From IMG/VR virus record IMGVR_UViG_2576861133_000006: DNA of 6,393 bases. One strand, 5' to 3'. The position numbers and the translations under genes were made by a program. The DNA comes from a virus (Duplodnaviria > Heunggongvirae > Uroviricota > Caudoviricetes). The notes beneath the pieces are model-generated. The model worked only from the letters and a program-made list of their open reading frames with translations, searched no databases and was not told the DNA's origin. This document shows positions 1 through 5,244 of this stretch, one piece after another (position 1 is the first letter of the stretch; each line of letters starts with the position of its first letter).

Positions 1-268
1 CCACCCATGCCAGCGCCTTATCACGCTCAATGGCGTTAACCCGGTCGCATTTTTCCTTCGACAACTTCATGCCCGGAACGACAGGTTTGCCATCCACCAG
101 GATGGCACCGCGGCAGATGGTCCAGATACCCGCGCCATCACGGTATGCCGTGGTGTGGTTACCTTCCTTTTCATCCAGAAACTGGTCGAGAATGTCAGGC
201 GCAGGCGCACCAGCGGCAATCAGCGCCAGAACGGCAGCCGACAGGCCGTATCTGATTTTTGCGTTCAT
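1..268 (-). CDS. Phage endolysin, GH24 lysozyme family, with SAR-like N-terminus; 5' partial (first 89 codons, gene continues past window start)
   Basis: Minus-strand translation from ATG at 268..266: MNAKIRYGLSAAVLALIAAGAPAPDILDQFLDEKEGNHTTAYRDGAGIWTICRGAILVDGKPVVPGMKLSKEKCDRVNAIERDKALAWV. The weakly hydrophobic Ala/Gly/Leu-rich N-terminus followed by a lysozyme-like core is the pattern of signal-arrest-release endolysins. An in-frame stop lies 2 codons upstream (277..275), so 268 is the start. No obvious Shine-Dalgarno. Absent from the ORF track only because it runs off the window. Confidence 0.8.
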   Translation of the reverse strand, partial: MNAKIRYGLSAAVLALIAAGAPAPDILDQFLDEKEGNHTTAYRDGAGIWTICRGAILVDGKPVVPGMKLSKEKCDRVNAIERDKALAWV

Positions 269-373
269 GGATATTTATCAGGATTTATCGGTTTCTGAGC
301 CCTGGATATGTTTATCAGTTCCAGCCTGTTGCCTCAGGCTGCTAACAGGTCAATACAATCATGAGGATTATTT
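269..373. promoter_or_regulatory. Divergent intergenic region between endolysin and antisense ORF, with direct repeats and nested palindrome
   Basis: Direct repeats GGATAT(G)TTTATCAG at 269-281 and 304-318, with a third ATTTATCG copy at 283-290. Nested inverted repeats CAGCCTG(322-328)/CAGGCTG(335-341) and CCTGTT(325-330)/AACAGG(344-349). A GAGGA Shine-Dalgarno at 363-367 sits 6 nt before the ATG at 374. No confident -35/-10 could be placed. Confidence 0.3.
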
Positions 374-646
374 ATGGACAATAACACCATTTCTCTACAG
401 GAGTTGCTCGACAGCATTTCCAGGCTTCGGGAAGACGTGAATACCCTTACCGTCGCCTTCTCATATCTGGCATTCTCAATTCCAAGGGAACAGATGCAAT
501 CAACGCTGGCATCAATCCAGTTTGAATCATGCAATCCCAAATGGTCTCAGGAACAACAAGACTCTTTCAGGCGGCTTGCTGTATTACTGGATGAAAAATA
601 TGCTGGTAAAATTACCATTTCGGCGGACTCTTCAGAGAACCCGTAA
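374..646 (+). CDS. Hypothetical protein, 90 aa, antisense to the lysis cassette
   Basis: ORF with ATG start and strong SD (GAGGA, 6-nt spacer). Product MDNNTISLQELLDSISRLREDVNTLTVAFSYLAFSIPREQ... has no recognisable motif. The 3' end overlaps the convergent DUF1327 gene by 35 bp (612-646). Chosen over the minus-strand 68-aa ORF 334..540, which starts with TTG and lacks an SD. Confidence 0.4.
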   Translation: MDNNTISLQELLDSISRLREDVNTLTVAFSYLAFSIPREQMQSTLASIQFESCNPKWSQEQQDSFRRLAVLLDEKYAGKITISADSSENP

Positions 647-1208
647 TTATTCCCGGTAGTTTTCCTCTGTAGGTTATCAACACATCCTGCGCCTCTAAAA
701 TTACGGGGCGCTTTTCCGGCGACTGCTCATCCCCTTCACATAACCCGGCAGCAACATCCAGGAAGACCTGTCTGATGCTCCTTCTGGCTGCTGCCTCATA
801 AAACTCCAGCGCGGCACCTTCAACACGGTCCAGCGAGATGTCCAGGTCAAAAATTTCACCGTCAAAGCGTTTTTTGTCCCGTAACGCTAAAGTTACCGTA
901 ACTTTATTCTCAAAATTGCGGATCCCTTTCACAATCAACTGCGCCTCTAAAATTACGGGGCGCTTTTCCGGCGACTGCTCATCCCCTTCACATAACCCGG
1001 CAGCAACATCCAGGAAGACCTGTCTGATGCTCCTTCTGGCTGCTGCCTCATAAAACTCCAGCGCGGCACCTTCAACACGGTCCAGCGAGATGTCCAGGTC
1101 AAAAATTTCACCGTCAAAGCGTTTTTTGTCCCGTAACGCTAAAGTTACCGTAACTTTATTCTCAAAATTGCGGATCCCTTTCACAATCAGTTCATAGTTT
1201 TGAGTCAT
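612..1208 (-). CDS. DUF1327/YdfR-like lysis-cassette protein carrying an in-frame tandem duplication (198 aa; about 114 aa without the duplication)
   Basis: ATG at 1208..1206 preceded by GGAGA SD, 4 nt after the pinholin stop. The N-terminus MTQNYELIVKGIRNFENKVTVT... resembles, from memory, E. coli Qin prophage YdfR (DUF1327), which likewise lies between holin and lysozyme. Residues 7-90 are repeated as 91-174. Confidence 0.65.
   Translation of the reverse strand: MTQNYELIVKGIRNFENKVTVTLALRDKKRFDGEIFDLDISLDRVEGAALEFYEAAARRSIRQVFLDVAAGLCEGDEQSPEKRPVILEAQLIVKGIRNFENKVTVTLALRDKKRFDGEIFDLDISLDRVEGAALEFYEAAARRSIRQVFLDVAAGLCEGDEQSPEKRPVILEAQDVLITYRGKLPGIITGSLKSPPKW
687..1190. repeat. Near-perfect tandem direct duplication, 2 x 252 bp (687-938 and 939-1190), in frame within the DUF1327 gene
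   Basis: Direct comparison of the two copies: 251 of 252 positions identical. The only difference is 938 (a) versus 1190 (g), a synonymous TTG/CTG Leu change. 252 is a multiple of 3, so the frame is preserved. Confidence 0.95.
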
Positions 1209-1212
1209 TGAA

Positions 1213-1428
1213 TTACTCTCCCCGTGCAGCCTTACGACGGTCCTCTCTGATTTTGAAATACAGGTTAGTCAGATATGTCAGCAGCCCAAACAGCAGACTC
1301 CCCAGCACGCCTATTGCCGCCCACTGAGACGGGGAAACCCTGTCCAGCAACTGCAGGAACCAGTAGCCCGTTCCCACCGCTGACGTGGTGTATGACACAC
1401 CTGTTGTGATTTTTTCCATCTGGTACAT
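1213..1428 (-). CDS. Class II holin, S21-type pinholin, with dual-start motif (71-aa form from 1428, 68-aa form from 1419)
   Basis: Translation [71 protein letters not shown]: two predicted TM segments and a charged C-terminus, closely resembling phage 21 S21 as I recall it. Two in-frame ATGs 3 codons apart (1428 and 1419). GGGAGA SD 6 nt upstream of 1428. The ORF-track start at 1506 is rejected because the upstream extension covers the terminator hairpin. Confidence 0.8.
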   Translation of the reverse strand: MYQMEKITTGVSYTTSAVGTGYWFLQLLDRVSPSQWAAIGVLGSLLFGLLTYLTNLYFKIREDRRKAARGE

Positions 1429-1460
1429 ACCCCGTCTCCCGTTATCCGGAAGCTGACAAC

Positions 1461-1493
1461 AATAAAAAAAGCCACCAGTTAAGTACTGATGGC
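1461..1493 (-). terminator. Rho-independent terminator between the esterase gene and the pinholin gene
   Basis: Minus-strand RNA: 8-bp stem GCCAUCAG/CUGGUGGC (one G.U pair), 7-nt loop UACUUAA, then UUUUUUUAUU. Plus-strand coordinates: stem 1471-1478 and 1486-1493, A-tract 1461-1470. Confidence 0.55.
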
Positions 1494-1578
1494 TCTGATA
1501 ACTCATGCAGGCATCTCAGACGACCCACTGACACTACCGGTGAGTTTAACGATACCTTCCATTTGACTGGCTCACTTT

Positions 1579-3450
1579 TTATGATGATGCCGGTGCATTT
1601 ATCTCCAGCACCAGACTTTCTATCTCAACGCCATACGTTGCATTTTTGGTAATATCCGTCAGCGTCAGCGCATTCAGCCCCAGTGTCAGACTGTCTTTTA
1701 TGACCTGGAATGCCGGGCCAGCCACTCCATTCAGTTTCGGAGTAACCGTGGCACTGCCGGCGGTGAACACCAGCTCCAGCGTCTGCCAGTCGTTACTGTA
1801 ATTCCCGAACTCGCCCAACTTTGTGTTTCCTGCTTTCCTGTGATGCATCAGATTCAGTTTGCCGTCTGTGGTCTGGGTGAAGAACGACATCAGGAACGGG
1901 TTACCAGTCCCGGTCATCGCCACGACGTCAGGTAACGCTACATCGGTACACAGATAAATTCCCAGACCGAACTGGTTGTTGGTCAGTGCGCCTGACAGTC
2001 GAAACTTACAGCTCAGTCTGCCACCCCGTGTCAGCAGGGAGACTGCGTCATCCACCGGATGCATCAGGGACCAAGTTTTATTGCTCTGCTTGGTAACCTT
2101 AAACACACCATCTTCCAGCGCAACACTGCCGCCGGTGATGGTCCAGCCCTGCGCAGCAGCCTCTCCGGCTGTCGGCAGCAGGGAGACTGTACGAACGGAT
2201 GTGTCACCATCAGACGGCCCCGATGGAGTGTCGCCGCCGGGCGAGGGTTTGATTTCCGGTGCCTTACCACTAATGAAGGCTAAGGTGCGACCGGCTACGT
2301 TCAGAATAGCAGTTGCCATACGATCGGGAATAATGCCACGACGCGCCCATGAGCTGAAATGCGTCGGGCGATTTGATGATACCCAGTTTTTGTTCGTTCG
2401 GGATGCCGAACCGTAATAACCAGACCCGGCAATATCAGGATCTTCTGACGGGTTGTTTGTCGGTGTATTAACTCCGCTACCATCGGTCATAAAGGGAACA
2501 AAATAAATCTGCTGGGATTCTTTACCTTTATATGCACCATATACCACTTCATATTGCGTACCGTGTTCTTGTTTCCACGCGTATGTCGTGTCGCCACAAA
2601 TCCAGGGGACTGATGCCGGACTTCCACCGTGACACTGCGCCGCCAGCCCGGCAAGGTCAGCACGGAACTGCTGTACCATTGCAAGAAATGCTGCTGGCTG
2701 CTGGGCGTAACTGGCATTCGTCATATCGAATTCCCCCTGCATCCAGCATATCGCCAGCAAAACGTTTTTCGGGTTTTTCTGCAATGCTGCCTTCGTGCGG
2801 AAAAGCAGATCCTGATATAACGGCTTACCCACTCCCCAGCGAGCCGAATCCTGACTGGCCCCCGTGGACTCGCTGAATGTCCCCTCCGTGCCCTGGGTGA
2901 ATGCCGAACCACCACGACAGCATGGTACCAGCAGGATCCCCGCATTATTAGGGATATACGGAAGCAGTTTTTTGGCAATATGTAAGCCCTGTCCGACACA
3001 GCCGTACTGCCCTTTGCTCAGGTCAGCCCGGGGATGGTTAATCGTACTCATATCCTGAACATCATGCAGACAATGGTCAGCAGGAATGATGTCGTTAAAT
3101 ACGCATACTTCACCACCGGGAGTCACTGTGTTACGACGGGCCAGTTGCTTAATGCGCGGATGGGGCGCATCGTATGAATCCGGAAGCGGAAGCCCTTCAC
3201 CGTAAGCCATGGCATTGGATTGCCCGGCCAGTACGATGACGTAGTACCACTCCGGCTCAGTTGCACCACTGACGACCACATCACCTTCTGCTGCAATCGC
3301 CTGCATCAGGGTATAAGGGGTTATGGCCACCGGACTACCAAACGGCTGCCAGCCCTCTTTCAGTTTATGTGTCAGCTTTTCCGCAAGATCTGACGGCGAC
3401 GCCGCCCTGACAACATCATAGTGTTTAAATGCCATGGTTCTTTCCACCAT
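1579..3450 (-). CDS. nanS: Prophage-type sialate O-acetylesterase (NanS-p-like): N-terminal DUF1737-like region, SASA esterase core, C-terminal beta-rich domain
   Basis: 623-aa ORF. N-terminus MAFKHYDVVRAASPSDLAEKLTHKLKEGWQPFGSPVAITPYTLMQ is DUF1737-like. It is followed by VIVLAGQSNAMAYG, a GDSL/SGNH-type GQSN catalytic-serine block typical of sialic-acid-specific acetylesterases. The position upstream of the lysis genes matches NanS-p of EHEC prophages. The start may instead be the ATG at 3435 (MAFKHY...), which has a slightly better upstream purine-rich tract. Confidence 0.75.
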   Translation of the reverse strand: MVERTMAFKHYDVVRAASPSDLAEKLTHKLKEGWQPFGSPVAITPYTLMQAIAAEGDVVVSGATEPEWYYVIVLAGQSNAMAYGEGLPLPDSYDAPHPRIKQLARRNTVTPGGEVCVFNDIIPADHCLHDVQDMSTINHPRADLSKGQYGCVGQGLHIAKKLLPYIPNNAGILLVPCCRGGSAFTQGTEGTFSESTGASQDSARWGVGKPLYQDLLFRTKAALQKNPKNVLLAICWMQGEFDMTNASYAQQPAAFLAMVQQFRADLAGLAAQCHGGSPASVPWICGDTTYAWKQEHGTQYEVVYGAYKGKESQQIYFVPFMTDGSGVNTPTNNPSEDPDIAGSGYYGSASRTNKNWVSSNRPTHFSSWARRGIIPDRMATAILNVAGRTLAFISGKAPEIKPSPGGDTPSGPSDGDTSVRTVSLLPTAGEAAAQGWTITGGSVALEDGVFKVTKQSNKTWSLMHPVDDAVSLLTRGGRLSCKFRLSGALTNNQFGLGIYLCTDVALPDVVAMTGTGNPFLMSFFTQTTDGKLNLMHHRKAGNTKLGEFGNYSNDWQTLELVFTAGSATVTPKLNGVAGPAFQVIKDSLTLGLNALTLTDITKNATYGVEIESLVLEINAPASS

Positions 3451-3628
3451 CTGAAAAATGATTCTTTAAAATACCTGACATGTAATACAGAAAAAACACA
3501 AAACCATACCTTAAATAAAAACCTCATCATCAAGCAGATATGCATGGATAAACTACAAGACGAGATATAAACCACCCTGCATTTAAATAAACAATAAACA
3601 ACATCAGAAAAATAATTCTGCTCTATGG

Positions 3629-3655
3629 TTTACAATCAAAAATATCATTTATACT
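3629..3655 (+). promoter_or_regulatory. Candidate sigma70-type promoter for the 111-aa ORF
   Basis: TTTACA (3629-3634), 15-bp spacer, TATACT (3650-3655), in a very AT-rich tract about 40 nt upstream of the ATG at 3696, which has an AAGGA SD. The spacer is shorter than optimal, so this is weak. Confidence 0.25.
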
Positions 3656-3695
3656 TTTCAGAACATCACCAGCAAGGCATAAACAAGGAAACTAA

Positions 3696-4031
3696 ATGAA
3701 GTGGATTGTGATTGATACAGTTATCCAGCCATCATGCGGAATATCTTTTTCAGTCATATGGAGTAAAATAAAATTAATAATCTGGTATCAATCGGATGCT
3801 TTCTTACCTCCTGAAAGTATATTTACACTGACTCACACAGGCATCATGCTCAATAACAAAGTGCTACCTGTAACCATTTACAACGTAGTACCATTCAATA
3901 AAACATTCTGGAATTTAATCAAAAACAGCCAGGAATGCCCTACAAATACAGATAACGTATTGAATGAATGCTTTAATAACCGTTGCACTCTGCAAATATG
4001 TCCTTATGGACTAAAACAACAAAGTCCATAA
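3696..4031 (+). CDS. Hypothetical protein, 111 aa, AT-rich cargo gene opposite to late transcription
   Basis: ATG with AAGGA SD 6 nt upstream. Very AT-rich coding sequence with six ATA codons. Product [32 protein letters not shown]... has four Cys in the last 31 residues and no recognisable motif. Confidence 0.35.
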   Translation: MKWIVIDTVIQPSCGISFSVIWSKIKLIIWYQSDAFLPPESIFTLTHTGIMLNNKVLPVTIYNVVPFNKTFWNLIKNSQECPTNTDNVLNECFNNRCTLQICPYGLKQQSP

Positions 4032-4049
4032 GGAGTTTACTCACATCTG

Positions 4050-4087
4050 ACAAAATCAATATAAACAGCCCCTCCGGAGAGGGGCTG
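4050..4087 (-). terminator. GC-rich hairpin followed by a U-rich tract on the minus strand (putative intrinsic terminator)
   Basis: 9-bp perfect stem CAGCCCCTC(4066-4074)/GAGGGGCTG(4079-4087) with loop CGGA. The minus-strand transcript continues UUUAUAUUGAUUUUGU; on the plus strand the hairpin is followed by GAGAGUGGCG, with no U-tract. It lies 35 nt past the stop of the 111-aa ORF. Confidence 0.4.
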
Positions 4088-4478
4088 GAGAGTGGCGCTA
4101 TGTGCCATTGCATGGTGCCGGGTGCCTCCCGGTGAATTCAGTACCAGCACCTGAATCCGCGATTATCCCATATACCTACTCGCTGATTGCCCCTCCGCAC
4201 AGGGGGATTCACCATGCCAGTTTCTTTTAACAAACTCCCCGCAAACCAGACAACAATCAACCGCCTGAATTGTGAAGTATTTAAAAATTTCTCCCGCTAA
4301 CTGATACCCGGCTAACAGTCTGGCGTTTTCTTTTTCAGCAACGGGAAAGCAACAACCACCACACCCGCCACCAGCACACCGTCAGCCAGCACTGACATTA
4401 TCCGGCTGCAGCAATGCCATTCACAAAAACAGTAAGCAATCACTTTTTACCGTAACCGGTGATAATCCAGATATGTAT

Positions 4479-4805
4479 CTACCCCAGATGAGTAATCCGA
4501 AGTTCATCCATACCACAGGTCCTGGCTATTCTGTTGTACTCCTGAACAAGAGTAAATAATTCTGAATTAGCCACCATGAACTCATCGCAAACCCTCTGTA
4601 TAGCATCACTATTCAGAATAATAACGTCTCTTCCCGAAAGACGATCAGGAGTACAGAACAAAACTGTCAAACGGCTGAAGGCCTTTGCTCGTGCTGCATT
4701 GACTATATCAATACGCTGCCTAAGGATGAAACACCCCGACGCCTCATCAATATTCACTCTACCCACACCATATGAATGATAAATATTTAATGCTGAAAAA
4801 ACCAT
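4479..4805 (-). CDS. Hypothetical protein, 108 aa from ATG at 4805 (118 aa if the GTG at 4835 is used)
   Basis: Minus-strand ORF in the cargo slot. Product MVFSALNIYHSYGVGRVNIDEASGCFILRQRIDIVNAARAKAFSRLTVLFCTPDRLSGRDVIILNSDAIQRVCDEFMVANSELFTLVQEYNRIARTCGMDELRITHLG. It contains 3 AGA, 3 AGG and 3 ATA codons. No convincing SD before either start and no recognised family. Confidence 0.4.
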   Translation of the reverse strand: MVFSALNIYHSYGVGRVNIDEASGCFILRQRIDIVNAARAKAFSRLTVLFCTPDRLSGRDVIILNSDAIQRVCDEFMVANSELFTLVQEYNRIARTCGMDELRITHLG

Positions 4806-4942
4806 TAGACCGTATAACAAACACTCAATCAACACTTAACAGAACTTTTATTTTTGACAAACATATAATATTTTCAACAATATCCTGAGCCAGGTATATT
4901 TCAGTATAAGGCTCTGCCGGAAGGAATCTGGAAGAATGAATA

Positions 4943-5019
4943 TGGCGCGCTGTACTGGATTCGAACCAGTGACCGATTGCTTAGAAGGCAATTGCTCTGT
5001 CCGGCTGAGCTAACAACGC
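4943..5019 (-). tRNA. tRNA-Arg, anticodon UCU, 77 nt (phage argO/argU-like)
   Basis: Minus-strand sequence GCGTTGTTAGCTCAGCCGGACAGAGCAATTGCCTTCTAAGCAATCGGTCACTGGTTCGAATCCAGTACAGCGCGCCA. Acceptor stem GCGTTGT/ACAGCGC (one G.U), D stem GCTC/GAGC, anticodon stem ATTGC/GCAAT with loop CTTCTAA, T arm ACTGG-TTCGAAT-CCAGT, encoded CCA. Confidence 0.9.
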
Positions 5020-5119
5020 TGAATACCGATAATGGACCGCCATCGGGGACCCGCCCCCGCACCAACAACCCTGTTATCGTGTCGTCTGCTCTTCCTGATA
5101 AGCTAATGGCGGTTTGTGA

Positions 5120-5195
5120 TGGTGGCCCTTGCTGGATTTGAACCAGCGACCTGGCGATTATGAGTCGCTCGCTCTCACCACTGAGCTAAAGGGCC
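5120..5195 (-). tRNA. tRNA with CAU anticodon, 76 nt; most likely tRNA-Ile2 (lysidine type, ileX/ileZ-like) rather than tRNA-Met
   Basis: Minus-strand sequence GGCCCTTTAGCTCAGTGGTGAGAGCGAGCGACTCATAATCGCCAGGTCGCTGGTTCAAATCCAGCAAGGGCCACCA. Perfect acceptor stem GGCCCTT/AAGGGCC, anticodon loop CTCATAA, T arm GCTGG-TTCAAAT-CCAGC, encoded CCA. Very close to E. coli ileX as I recall it. Confidence 0.9.
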
Positions 5196-5244
5196 GGGAG
5201 CAGAATAATAATGGTGCGTAATTAATTCTGCAATCTCATCCGTT

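Noticed and set aside
30-440. 136-aa plus-strand ORF from the ORF track
   Set aside because: It lies antisense across the endolysin N-terminal coding region, has Pro/Ser/Arg-rich low-complexity composition and no SD. Interpreted as a shadow ORF of the minus-strand endolysin gene.
334-540. 68-aa minus-strand ORF in the DUF1327-endolysin gap
   Set aside because: It starts with TTG, has no SD, and overlaps the better-supported plus-strand ORF 374..646. The choice between the two is not certain.
838-1053. 71-aa plus-strand ORF inside the duplicated region
   Set aside because: Antisense to the DUF1327 gene and spanning the duplication junction, with no RBS. Likely a shadow ORF.
1213-1506. 97-aa extended form of the holin ORF
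   Set aside because: The upstream 29 codons cover the terminator hairpin and U-tract (1461-1493) and have no SD. The ATGs at 1428 and 1419 give a properly sized dual-start pinholin with an SD.
1976-3058. Multiple 60-146 aa ORFs on both strands inside the esterase gene (1976..2416, 2059..2283, 2064..2270, 2301..2483, 2487..2717, 2532..2876, 2629..2820, 2721..2999, 2864..3058)
   Set aside because: All are nested within the 623-aa esterase CDS in a GC-rich segment. Their Arg/Pro/Ser-rich products are typical of alternative-frame shadow ORFs.
3372-3575. 67-aa minus-strand ORF overlapping the esterase start
   Set aside because: It overlaps the esterase 5' end out of frame and extends into the AT-rich upstream region. 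Low-complexity product (runs of R and F). More likely promoter or leader sequence than a gene.
4576-4779. 67-aa plus-strand ORF
   Set aside because: Fully antisense within the 108-aa minus-strand ORF, with no SD. Treated as a shadow ORF.
3451-4942. Shiga toxin genes stxA/stxB at the canonical position
   Set aside because: No ORFs of the right size or orientation (about 320 aa and 90 aa, minus strand, signal peptides) occur between the tRNAs and the esterase. The ORFs present are unrelated in size and composition.
5020-5119. Possible third tRNA between the two tRNA genes
   Set aside because: No GGTTCGAATCC-type T-loop, no cloverleaf-compatible acceptor stem and no encoded CCA could be found on either strand. 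At most a decayed remnant.
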